Shown here: positions 27,866 to 38,879 of the stretch, one piece after another
Numbering within the stretch: position 1 is the stretch's first letter
Layout: the number at the start of each line of letters is the position of its first letter
DNA from: Clostridia bacterium
GTDB taxonomy: Bacteria > Bacillota > Clostridia > UBA1212 > UBA1255
DNA: 39,086 bases
Reading direction: 5' to 3'
Assembly: GCA_017560225.1 (NCBI GenBank)
Contig: JAFYOJ010000006.1
Span: 1 to 39,086 of the forward strand
The notes under the pieces: generated by a model
The model's input: only the letters and a program-made list of their open reading frames with translations
What the model was told of the DNA's origin: nothing
Database searches by the model: none
Made by a program: the position numbers and the translations under genes

Positions 27866-28576
27866 TTAGTTTACATATACAGCGTAGAAATCATCAACGG
27901 AAATTTCTGTTCGTGCGCTTTCTTGATGGGCCGTCATAATATAATTCCCATCCACCAGCTCTACGGAAATCGTCTTGCTCACCTTGAAGTAAGCCATTTG
28001 ATTATTCTCATACGTGCTTTCGCCGGTGTGGTAGGTTACGGTAAAATGGGTGTCATCCACCTGCGTATAGGATTCATAGATCGCCCGGATCGGCATATCC
28101 CCGTAAGCACCGTGATAAGTAATCGTCAAAGTATCACTTTCCGGATCCAGCACCAAATCTTCGTTGGTAATGGGCAAATAATCGTAAGTACGACCTAAAT
28201 ACTTCTCTGTAAAAGCATCCAACGCCGTAATCTTGTAAGAATAACTGTACCCCCCATTATCGTCTGCAAAATTACAAGGGTCTACGTGTTCAATAGCCCA
28301 CATAAACACGCGCGCGGTAGTCAAATCATCAATACTGGTATAATACCCAAAATTGTTATATCCATCCACATTCAGAAGTGCCGGATACGTTTTCAAATAA
28401 TCCTCCAAAACAAACGGCTTCTCTGTAGGTGTCGCGGCAGGTGCTTCGGTAGGCAGCGCAGAGGGCGATTCCGTAGGAATCACCGTGGGCGACGATTCCG
28501 TTTCCACACCGGTCTCACAGGCAGCGGCAGTAAACACCAATACAACCGCAAATAAAATTGCAAAAATCTTCTTCAT
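27866..28576 (-). CDS. Hypothetical lipoprotein with PTE linker
   Basis: MKKIF...TAAAC lipobox; Pro/Thr/Glu-rich linker; AAGGA RBS. Confidence 0.75.
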   Translation of the reverse strand: MKKIFAILFAVVLVFTAAACETGVETESSPTVIPTESPSALPTEAPAATPTEKPFVLEDYLKTYPALLNVDGYNNFGYYTSIDDLTTARVFMWAIEHVDPCNFADDNGGYSYSYKITALDAFTEKYLGRTYDYLPITNEDLVLDPESDTLTITYHGAYGDMPIRAIYESYTQVDDTHFTVTYHTGESTYENNQMAYFKVSKTISVELVDGNYIMTAHQESARTEISVDDFYAVYVN

Positions 28577-28579
28577 TCT

Positions 28580-29272
28580 CTATCCTTCCTTTCTCGTAGT
28601 CAAAATTCTTTCCAATGCCGGCACCATTGGGGTGGGCACGGTAAAATAGTCCAAAATCTTTCCCCATATCAGAATAATGGGCGCATTAATGAAGGTCGTG
28701 ACCAAGGTGCCAAGGCCTATCCCTTGATAGCATCCCGTCAGTACTGCAAGCAAACCGGAGAGGGCAAGCAGGCTGATATCAAACACCCATTTTACCCGAT
28801 TCACAGAAAAACTGTAGCGGACCGCCACTTCACTCACAAACAGTTCGAACACCTGTACAGGCATATACGTACGGAAGAAGCACGTTACACCCAAAGCCGT
28901 AACCACGTCACCGATCAGCAAAGTGCCCCACTGCATCCAAAGGCCTGTAGGCGCAAAATCCGCCAGCAGCCACAAAAAGAAATCCAAAGTGTATCCGTAC
29001 AGTACACCCACCAAGAATGCCAGTAAATATTGCCATTTGAAGCGGCGAATAATCAGGCACATCAAAACAATCATAATGCCCTGAATAATGTACTCGGTTA
29101 CGCCTACGGAAAGCCAACCGTACGTACCTTGCAAAGCCCCGGACAGAATAAATGAAGGCGCTGCAATCATGGATACACCCAAATCTGCTTTGCTGCAAAT
29201 AGCCACGCCAAAGGCGATAAACACAATGCCCAAAACCCACATCAATTCAGCCGTTCTATGTATCTTCTTCAT
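28580..29272 (-). CDS. YczE/YyaS/YitT-like membrane protein
   Basis: GVAI..KADLGVS, K..FD, GIG.GT, multiple TM helices. Confidence 0.75.
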   Translation of the reverse strand: MKKIHRTAELMWVLGIVFIAFGVAICSKADLGVSMIAAPSFILSGALQGTYGWLSVGVTEYIIQGIMIVLMCLIIRRFKWQYLLAFLVGVLYGYTLDFFLWLLADFAPTGLWMQWGTLLIGDVVTALGVTCFFRTYMPVQVFELFVSEVAVRYSFSVNRVKWVFDISLLALSGLLAVLTGCYQGIGLGTLVTTFINAPIILIWGKILDYFTVPTPMVPALERILTTRKEG

Positions 29273-29403
29273 GGATGTCCGTCCTTTCATTCACCGGATA
29301 ATTGTACCATAATTTTGCGTCACGGAAAAGATTGTTTTTTAGCACGTATAATGATATAATAAATTGTCATATTGTAGATGGGCAATTGCATAGGAGTACA
29401 GAT

Positions 29404-30342
29404 ATGAAAGATTTTATTATTTTACCGGACTTAACCTGTGATTGTTCCGAGGAAATTCGGAAATATTTCGGCTTAACTGACTATATTCAAGGATACGTGC
29501 ATATCAACGACGAAAGTTTGCGCACCACCCTGGATTGGAGCATCATCTCCCGCGATCAGTTCTATAAGACGCTGGCCAACAAGAAGAACAAGGTCAGCAG
29601 TGCGGTAGCCAGTCCGGAAGAATTTTACCAATGCTTCAAACAATATGCTGAGCAAGGACTGGATATCCTCAGCATGTCCCTTTCTTCGAAAATCAGCTCT
29701 ACTTACAGCATTGCCGCTTCCGCTGCAAAACGCATTCAAGAAGAGTATCCGAATTGTAACATATACTGTTTTGACTCCCTGCGCATGTCCGGTTCCTTCG
29801 GTTTATTGGTGGCCTACGCTTGCGAATTAAAAGCACAAGGCAAGACCTTCCGGGAAGTCATTGACTGGTTGGAAATCAATAAACACTGTGTCCACCAAAT
29901 GGGTCCCATTGACGACTTAACTTTCGTGGCTCGCCGGGGACAAATTTCCAGCGGCAAAGCCTTTATGGGCAATTTAGTCGGCATTAAGCCCATGGGAGAT
30001 TCCAATGCAGACGGTTACGTGACCGTGCTGGCCAAGGTAAAGGGCATCAAGAAAGCCTTAGACGCAACTGTCGCTTACTTAATCAAAATGGCAAAAAGCC
30101 AAGACCAATATGTATTTATCAGCCACAGCGACCGGGAAGACTACGCGCTTACGCTGAAAGAAAAGATCGAAGCTGCCGCCTCCTTCAAAAAGGTATTCGT
30201 CAGCGACGTATTCAGCGGGTGCGGTACCAATATCGGTCCCGGCATGATCGGCGTCTATTTCTTAGGCGACCCCGTAACAAAAGATTTAGCGAAAGAGAAA
30301 GAAGCATTGAATGCTGCCATTGAAGAGGTTACCCACGTATGA
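29404..30342 (+). CDS. DegV family fatty-acid-binding protein (FakB-like, divergent)
   Basis: DLTCD, LSSKISSTY, FDSL..S, DDL.F...G.IS, IKP, GPG..G; AGGAG RBS. Confidence 0.88.
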   Translation: MKDFIILPDLTCDCSEEIRKYFGLTDYIQGYVHINDESLRTTLDWSIISRDQFYKTLANKKNKVSSAVASPEEFYQCFKQYAEQGLDILSMSLSSKISSTYSIAASAAKRIQEEYPNCNIYCFDSLRMSGSFGLLVAYACELKAQGKTFREVIDWLEINKHCVHQMGPIDDLTFVARRGQISSGKAFMGNLVGIKPMGDSNADGYVTVLAKVKGIKKALDATVAYLIKMAKSQDQYVFISHSDREDYALTLKEKIEAAASFKKVFVSDVFSGCGTNIGPGMIGVYFLGDPVTKDLAKEKEALNAAIEEVTHV

Positions 30343-31985
30343 TTGCACAGCTGGATGGTTTATCTTATCGTCATATTCTCCATAGCGGTATTCAAAATTT
30401 AGAACAATATCGCACCGTATTGAACGACCTCAACGTGTTCCCCGTCCCCGACGGAGACACCGGTACCAATATGGTGATGACACTGCGTTACGGATATGAC
30501 GCCATTCAGGAAGACGACAAAACACTTTCCCAAGTAGCGGGACGTTTTGCTTCCGCCTCCGTGTTCGGTGCCAGAGGAAATTCCGGCGTCATTGTATCCC
30601 AATTCTTCAAAGGATTATCCGACACATTGAAAGAATGGGAAACAGCCAGTTGTGAAATATTCTCTCGGGCCCTGGAAAATGGTTGCAAATATGCCTACGC
30701 ATCGGTGGCACAGCCCGTGGAAGGTACCATTTTAACCGTATTAAAAGACGCTTCCAAAGCGGTTGCCAAAGCGCTGCCCTTAGAAAGCATTGACGCTGTG
30801 ATTGACACGTTCTTAACAGAAGCAAAAGTTTCCCTTGCCCACACGCCGGACTTGCTACCCATCTTACGCAAAGCCAGTGTCGTAGACAGCGGTGGCAGCG
30901 GCATTGTGTATTTCTTTGAGGGCGTACAAAAATATTTACGGGGAGAACCCATCGAAACCGTGGCCAAAGCAGAAGAAACTCCAACCGGCGACGCAATCGA
31001 TCTGTCTTTATTTAATAAAAACACACCGTTTAATTACGGATATTGCACAGAAGGCGTTTTACAGCTCACCGTGGATCCGGAATCCTTTGAATACAAGAAT
31101 TTCAAAGAGAAATTGGCGGACCTGGGCGAGTCCGTGGTATCGTCTTTAGAGGGCGATAAGGTAAAATTACATATTCACACCAAACGGCCCGGCAAACTCA
31201 TGGATTTCTGCCAGAAGTACGGCGAATTCCTCACCATTAAGATGGAGAATATGAGCGTACAGCACGCTCAGCAAGAGAAACAACAGAAAGAAGCCAGAAA
31301 GTTCTTATATGATGCGGATCGGGCACCGGGAAATTATGCGGTGGTGGCGGTGGCTTCCAACTTGCAGATGCAGCAGTGCTTCTTTGATATGGGCGCAGAC
31401 GTGGTCATCTTAAGTGATATTGCCCCCTCCTCCCAGGATTTCATGGACGCATTCAAGTTGACTTCTGCAAAACAAATTTTGGTATTCCCCAACAGTGCAA
31501 ACTCCATTTTATCCTCCATGCAGGCAGGCAGTTTGTACAAGAAGGCGAAAATAACGGTATTAAACAGCCGTTCCATTGCAGAATGTTATGCAACCCTTTC
31601 TATTTTAGATTTTGACAGTACCTTAGACGAAGCTGTAGCGCTTGCCAACGGCGTTTTGTCCGAGCTGTATCAATTATCTATTTACCAAGCAGTGAAAGAC
31701 GTTAAATACGGCAGCAAAACCATCCGGAAAGATGATTTCTTTGCCTTATCCAATAATAAAATTCTAAGTATTGAGAAAACGCTGGAAAATATTACAATGC
31801 GCACTATTGATGATGTTTTGCAGAAGCAACCTTATGAAGTCGTTACATTATTCTACGGCAAACGGATTATGCCGGAATATATAGAACATTTGCTTTCAGA
31901 ACTGCAAGATCAAAACTACGATGCAGAATTTGCAGCCATTTCCACCCTTGAAACGGTATACGATATCACAATTATATTTGAGTAA
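30339..31985 (+). CDS. DAK2-domain fatty acid kinase catalytic subunit (FakA-like)
   Basis: LNVFPVPDGDTGTNM, GARGNSG, PVEGTILTV, VVDSGG.G, YGYCTE, KLHIHT, K.ENM. Confidence 0.9.
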   Translation: MIAQLDGLSYRHILHSGIQNLEQYRTVLNDLNVFPVPDGDTGTNMVMTLRYGYDAIQEDDKTLSQVAGRFASASVFGARGNSGVIVSQFFKGLSDTLKEWETASCEIFSRALENGCKYAYASVAQPVEGTILTVLKDASKAVAKALPLESIDAVIDTFLTEAKVSLAHTPDLLPILRKASVVDSGGSGIVYFFEGVQKYLRGEPIETVAKAEETPTGDAIDLSLFNKNTPFNYGYCTEGVLQLTVDPESFEYKNFKEKLADLGESVVSSLEGDKVKLHIHTKRPGKLMDFCQKYGEFLTIKMENMSVQHAQQEKQQKEARKFLYDADRAPGNYAVVAVASNLQMQQCFFDMGADVVILSDIAPSSQDFMDAFKLTSAKQILVFPNSANSILSSMQAGSLYKKAKITVLNSRSIAECYATLSILDFDSTLDEAVALANGVLSELYQLSIYQAVKDVKYGSKTIRKDDFFALSNNKILSIEKTLENITMRTIDDVLQKQPYEVVTLFYGKRIMPEYIEHLLSELQDQNYDAEFAAISTLETVYDITIIFE

Positions 31986-31999
31986 CACAGGAGGAAGTT

Positions 32000-33331
32000 A
32001 TGAAGAAAATTACAGACAGAAAGAAACTGATTTTATTTGGATGTTCCGGATTAGGTGTCAATATGCTCACACTGATGATGGGATCCTATTTGTGCAGTGC
32101 GCTTCTGGTGGGCGGATTCGAGGAACATATTGAATCCTGGACCTATTTAAGCAAAGACTTGGTAGTGGCCGGTCTTTGGGCAGTTTTGGTCTTCCTGGCA
32201 AAAGCCTTAGACGGCATTATCGACTTGCCTTTGTCTAATTTTGCAGATAAATTACATACGAAATTAGGACGGAGAAAAACAGCGATTTTGATCGGTTTCG
32301 TGCCTATGGTCATTTCCTATCTGTTATTCTTATTCCCCTTGAATTCCGGCGCAACACTGTCGAATACACTTTGGTTCGGTACACTGCTTTGCATCTTCTA
32401 CACTTGTTACACCTTGACCATGCTTACCTATTACGCCGCTTTCGCCGAGATTTGCGATTCCGAGAAAGACACCGTATTCCTTTCCAATGTGAAATCCATT
32501 TGCGACGTAGTGTATTTCAGCTTGGCCTACTCTTTAATCCCCGTATTTATTAGTTTAAATATCAACATTCGTATGGTAGCACTGATCTTCCTGCCCCTTT
32601 GCTTAACCATGTTGATTCCCTTCTTCTTGCTGAAAGAGAATGGCGAGGAAGAACAGGAAGTGCGGGCATTAACACTGGGCACCGCCTTAAAGACAGCGTT
32701 TCAGAACAAACCCTATATTTACTTCTTGTGCACTACCTTTATGATGGCCATCGGTCTTCAGCTGTTCTTAGGCGGCATCAATGAAGTATTTTCTTCCACC
32801 GGATTGAATATGACCGTAGTAATGGCATCTTCCTTTGCACCGGTGCCTTTCACGTTGATTTTGTATAATCACTTCATCAAAAAGAAAGGTTTGGGCTTTG
32901 CTTATCGCTATGCTTTAGCTATTTACTCCGTAGGTATGATGGTATTGTACCTTTGCTTCAAACTTTCCGATAAAATTCCTATGCTGTATCTTACATTGAT
33001 TGCGTTGTGTGGCGGTATTCTCATTTCCTTTGCCATCGGTGCTTTCTTCTCCATTAACTATACAGTACCCACCCACTTAGCAAAGAAAGAGTTCGAAGCT
33101 ACCGGTAAAAATGTAGCTACGATGCTGTTCGCCGTTCAAGGTGTATTTGAAGGCGTGGCAGCCGGCGTGGCAACCGGTATTATTCTGGTTAATTTGAAGG
33201 CGTACAAAGTCATCTCCTGGCTGCCTATTTTGGTAGCTGCAGCTTGTATGATCGCCTTTTTGATGTCCCTGAAATTCCCCGACGTCATTGGAAAGATGGG
33301 TAAACAAGAGAAAGATAAGGAGAACCAATGA
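32000..33331 (+). CDS. MFS transporter, GPH/MelB-like (MFS_2)
   Basis: About 12 TMs; helix-II DGIID.......D acidic motif and LGRRK...LIG loop typical of GPH cation symporters. Confidence 0.85.
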   Translation: MKKITDRKKLILFGCSGLGVNMLTLMMGSYLCSALLVGGFEEHIESWTYLSKDLVVAGLWAVLVFLAKALDGIIDLPLSNFADKLHTKLGRRKTAILIGFVPMVISYLLFLFPLNSGATLSNTLWFGTLLCIFYTCYTLTMLTYYAAFAEICDSEKDTVFLSNVKSICDVVYFSLAYSLIPVFISLNINIRMVALIFLPLCLTMLIPFFLLKENGEEEQEVRALTLGTALKTAFQNKPYIYFLCTTFMMAIGLQLFLGGINEVFSSTGLNMTVVMASSFAPVPFTLILYNHFIKKKGLGFAYRYALAIYSVGMMVLYLCFKLSDKIPMLYLTLIALCGGILISFAIGAFFSINYTVPTHLAKKEFEATGKNVATMLFAVQGVFEGVAAGVATGIILVNLKAYKVISWLPILVAAACMIAFLMSLKFPDVIGKMGKQEKDKENQ

Positions 33332-33969
33332 TTTATGAGATTTTCCGTTTAATCGGCGTCATTACGGGCTATCCTCTGCAACTACTGTTTTTCAAACGGA
33401 AGACGTATTACGAGGATTCCTCAGCTGCGCCCTCTTTCAAAGGCGGAAAATTGATTATTATGAATCATTTTAACATGCTGGATTACGTAATGTCCTGCTT
33501 CATTGTGTTTCCCCGGAAACTGTATGCGGTGGCCTCCGAAATGCCTTTCAAGAGCGCCTTCATGCGTTTCGGTATGAAATTCTTTGGTACAATTCAGTGT
33601 AATCGCGTGACCCGCAATATGGGTTTTATGGACGAAGCGGCTAAGATCCTTTGCAAAGGGAAGTTGGTGCAAATCTTCCCGGAGGGTCGGAATACGCCGG
33701 ACGGTAAAATGCATGACTTTAAACGCAGTTATTTAGTCATCGCCCACCGGGCAAAGGCCCCCATCGTCCCCATTGTAACCGATGGACAATACGGACTGTT
33801 TAAGCGGGCCCACGTCATGATCGGCAAGGAGATTGATGTGTCCTCCTTTTTCACCACCGATCGCCCCATGCCTCCCCGGGAAGAAATCGAGCGAGCAAAT
33901 GCTTACGTATATGGTAAAATGTTAGAATTACAAGCAGAATTAGAACGCAGAAAGCGAGGGGATTCGTAA
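33328..33969 (+). CDS. Lysophospholipid / 1-acyl-glycerol-3-phosphate acyltransferase (PlsC-like)
   Basis: NHFNMLD (HX4D), FFG...NR, IFPEGR, PIVP blocks. Confidence 0.88.
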   Translation: MIYEIFRLIGVITGYPLQLLFFKRKTYYEDSSAAPSFKGGKLIIMNHFNMLDYVMSCFIVFPRKLYAVASEMPFKSAFMRFGMKFFGTIQCNRVTRNMGFMDEAAKILCKGKLVQIFPEGRNTPDGKMHDFKRSYLVIAHRAKAPIVPIVTDGQYGLFKRAHVMIGKEIDVSSFFTTDRPMPPREEIERANAYVYGKMLELQAELERRKRGDS

Positions 33970-34937
33970 TGTTCAAGATTCTATTGCATCCTATTTTCTT
34001 ATGGATTGTGGGTTTCTTGCTGGTATCCGGTCTACTTCTTTGGATTGTATCCCTCTTCGTGGCGTCTTATTGTGTATACGTCAGCACGTTGCGAAAAGGC
34101 AATACCTGGACGCGGGAAATGCCGGAGGACATTGATCCGGAACAAATTCCTATGTATCAGGCAGGACAGGTTTGGAGCGAAGCAAATCAAGCATACAAGA
34201 CCGATGTCCATATTGTTCGGGATGGCTTGAATTTGTACGGCGAATACTACGATTTCGGCAAAAAACGGTGCGCCATGATTCTTTCCGGCCGCACAGAAAG
34301 TTTGAAATACGGATATTATTTCGCTATTCCCTACGCAGAATGTGATTGTAATATCTTGGTGGTGGATCCTCGCGGCCACGGCCTGAGCGACGGAGAATTT
34401 AACACCGTAGGCTTTGAAGAAAGCAAAGATGACATCGCTTGGATTAATTACATTCGCAAGACCTACGGAATCGAGTCTTTCATCCTCCATGGCATCTGTA
34501 TCGGTGCCGCCGGCGGGATGTTTGCTTTAAATAATCCGGATTGTCCAGACTGTATCCACGGAATTGTAACAGAAGGCATGTTCCCCCGTTTCAGTGAATC
34601 CGTGAAGAATCATATGATTGAAAAACGGAGATCTCCGTTTATCACCCTGGATTTAATCGACTGCTGGATGAAGCACTATACCGGTCATTCCATGAAGTAT
34701 GGCCCCTTAGATATCATTCACAATATTCACACGCCCCTTTTGATGCTCCACAGCAAAGAAGATCTTTACTCCACCCCGGAATATGCGGAGAAGTTGTTTA
34801 CCGCTTCCGGCGCGTCGCAAAAAAAGTTGGTGTGGTTCGAGCACGGCAGACATTCCATGTTGCGCCGTACGGACACATTGTTGTATGATACCTCTATCAA
34901 GAACTTTATCGCGGAAATTTCCGCGAATGGTAAATAG
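33969..34937 (+). CDS. Membrane-anchored alpha/beta hydrolase with Cys nucleophile motif
   Basis: N-terminal TM, DPRGHG.S.G, nucleophile elbow HGICIG, PLLMLHS.ED, H.RH. Confidence 0.85.
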   Translation: MFKILLHPIFLWIVGFLLVSGLLLWIVSLFVASYCVYVSTLRKGNTWTREMPEDIDPEQIPMYQAGQVWSEANQAYKTDVHIVRDGLNLYGEYYDFGKKRCAMILSGRTESLKYGYYFAIPYAECDCNILVVDPRGHGLSDGEFNTVGFEESKDDIAWINYIRKTYGIESFILHGICIGAAGGMFALNNPDCPDCIHGIVTEGMFPRFSESVKNHMIEKRRSPFITLDLIDCWMKHYTGHSMKYGPLDIIHNIHTPLLMLHSKEDLYSTPEYAEKLFTASGASQKKLVWFEHGRHSMLRRTDTLLYDTSIKNFIAEISANGK

Positions 34938-34960
34938 TAAAAAGGAAAAGGAGAATGTTT

Positions 34961-35419
34961 ATGTTTTGTAGATTTTGTGGAAGCGAGTTACCGGAAAATG
35001 CTAATTTCTGTACGAAATGCGGCAAGATTATTGATGACGCAGGGCTTGCACAGGCACCTGCCACCCTGGAAGATTTAATTGGCGATCCTGCAGCACGTGC
35101 CCAAGAGGATCCTTTCAAAAACGAGAAAGATGAATTAGGTGGCGATATTTTAAAATACGGTATTATGAGCTTGGCTTTTGGTTGCACCGGCATATTAAGT
35201 CTGCTGGGCTTGATCTTTGCATGCATCGGTAAATCTAAAGTAGGCAAATACTTGGCTAAATTCCAAGAGACCCAGGGAAAGTCCACCGTTGGTAAGCATT
35301 TATGCACCGCCGGTTTATGGGCAAGTATTGGTATGGCGATTTACTTTACGTTAATTTTTATCATTGCATTGATTAGCGGCCTTGCCGACGGCGGAAGCAG
35401 CAACACCGTCACGTGGTAA
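34961..35419 (+). CDS. Zinc-ribbon membrane protein (DUF4190-like TM region)
   Basis: MFCRFCG.......FCTKCG followed by two TM segments; AAGGAG RBS. Confidence 0.8.
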   Translation: MFCRFCGSELPENANFCTKCGKIIDDAGLAQAPATLEDLIGDPAARAQEDPFKNEKDELGGDILKYGIMSLAFGCTGILSLLGLIFACIGKSKVGKYLAKFQETQGKSTVGKHLCTAGLWASIGMAIYFTLIFIIALISGLADGGSSNTVTW

Positions 35420-35517
35420 GAGAATACCGCCGGATCAGGCGAAATAGAAAGAAGGCACCTTTTGGGCTACCTACCATAAAGCAGGTAGGATAGCCCAAGA
35501 GCGCCCTTTCTAAGAAT

Positions 35518-37283
<1,766 letters not shown>

Positions 37284-37348
37284 CTATATTATACCACATC
37301 CGAGAAAACATTTCAACACTTTACAACGCTAAAGTCTGCGTAACTTTG

Positions 37349-37636
37349 TTAATTTATTTTGTCCGACACCCTGCGAACACGATCAATGACATTTTCCTTG
37401 GAGTTTTCAGCAAAGCGGGTGTTAACGTGAATGACCGTGCTGCCAAAATCCAAATCGAAATCGAGCTTTCGCGGGAACAATCCCTTGCGGAAGTGCTCTA
37501 TGCGTTCTTCCTTCGTCATTGCTTCAAGCATGGGAAGTCGATTGCGGCTCTCACTCAGAATTTCTTGGATCATATCATATTCCGCGTCGGTTTCGGGGGT
37601 GATGATGTGAATTGTTCTGTAATCCTTGTTCTTCAT
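37349..37636 (-). CDS. Transposon-encoded TnpW-like protein
   Basis: G.T...V...F...SKE...D.V.R C-terminal pattern; lies immediately upstream of the recombinase; AAGGAGG RBS. Confidence 0.65.
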   Translation of the reverse strand: MKNKDYRTIHIITPETDAEYDMIQEILSESRNRLPMLEAMTKEERIEHFRKGLFPRKLDFDLDFGSTVIHVNTRFAENSKENVIDRVRRVSDKIN

Positions 37637-37649
37637 AGCAATATCCTCC

Positions 37650-38654
37650 TTATCTATCTCCAAAATCATCGTCGCGTTTTCGGCTACCCTTGATCTGCGC
37701 CATTATCTCGGGCGGTATCTTCTCGACAAGCTTTTTGTAACGCTCTACTTGCCGTTCAAGAAGATATACGTCGGTCTTGTGTTTCTCAATCTCGCGGTTT
37801 GCTCGTTTGTTTTCAAGTGTCAGATCGAACACCTTGGAACTCTCTCTATCGACCTTTGCGGAAAGCGTCTTTACCTCTTGTTCAAGCCCTTCGATATGCT
37901 TGGTGGTTTCCTTGACCTTGGATGAGAAATATTCTCCCTCCTTTGCCCACTCTCGCAAAACGGCAAGAGCTTCTTCGGACTTACCCTTGGCGTTGAACAT
38001 ACCGATATTGGAGAGTATGGCTTCGACCTCGGAATACATCTTGTCAAGATGCTCGGCTTTCTTGTAGAGCCAAACGGGAATATGCTTGCGGTGAGTGATC
38101 TTTGCAGACTCTCCGCGCTCAATGACCTCATACTTTTCGTGCATATACTCGTAGAAGCCGTCCTGCCAAAACTCAGATAGACGCGCTTGGTTGCCGACGA
38201 TCTCTTTAGCGGTCAGTCGGTTGTCCTCAGATAGCGGCACGAAGCAAAGGTGCATATGAGGTGTTTTCTCGTCAAGGTGGATAACGGCGGATACGATGTT
38301 TTGCTCTCCCACTCGTTCCGCCATAAAATCGTAGGCGCGTTTCATATAGGCGAGCATTTCATCGTGGCTCATCGGTTGGAGCAGATCGGGTGAGCCGGTG
38401 ATAAGCGTTTCCACAAGAAGCACACTATTCTTCTTGATGACCGTCTTACATTCACTCTCAGCTATGCGCTCCTTCACTATCTTGCGATAGCTTTTCTGTG
38501 CGGGTGGTTTCAAGTGAATATTATCCTTGCTCCTTTCAAGGTCAATATCGGGGTTGGACTTGTAGGCTTCTTTCTCTCGTTCATTGTGTTTCTGCGCACT
38601 GAGTATCGTGCCGCCCTTGTGTTTCTTAAATCGTAAAATTGCGTGTACTGCTAT
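37650..38654 (-). CDS. MobV/Pre family relaxase (plasmid recombination enzyme)
   Basis: Frame extends upstream of the tracked ORF to HAILRF..HK....AQKHNER...SNPDID.ERS..N; IHLDEKTPHMH (HUH). AGGAGG is followed 8 nt later by ATA at 38654. Confidence 0.9.
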   Translation of the reverse strand: MAVHAILRFKKHKGGTILSAQKHNEREKEAYKSNPDIDLERSKDNIHLKPPAQKSYRKIVKERIAESECKTVIKKNSVLLVETLITGSPDLLQPMSHDEMLAYMKRAYDFMAERVGEQNIVSAVIHLDEKTPHMHLCFVPLSEDNRLTAKEIVGNQARLSEFWQDGFYEYMHEKYEVIERGESAKITHRKHIPVWLYKKAEHLDKMYSEVEAILSNIGMFNAKGKSEEALAVLREWAKEGEYFSSKVKETTKHIEGLEQEVKTLSAKVDRESSKVFDLTLENKRANREIEKHKTDVYLLERQVERYKKLVEKIPPEIMAQIKGSRKRDDDFGDR

Positions 38655-38849
38655 AAGCGTTTCCTCCTGTTAGTCGTAATTTTGATGGGTACGTGTGGAG
38701 AAGCGAGGGGACGCGGGTACACCGCACAAACGCGGCGGCGTTGTCACACCTTATGCTTTCGTCGAAGCCCTGCCGCCATTAAGCGGGGCGGCAGAACTTC
38801 ACCGAAGCGGAGCAAATTTGCCTTCGCAAATTTACTCTGCGTTTATACG

Positions 38850-38879
38850 GTGTAACACACTATACCTTGCGATGCAAGG
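38850..38879 (-). other. MOBV-type origin of transfer (RSA/oriT)
   Basis: Minus strand GTATAGTGTGTTACAC resembles the pMV158-family nick region (TAGTGTG/TTA); adjacent IR CCTTGC-GAT-GCAAGG; upstream of the relaxase. Confidence 0.7.
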
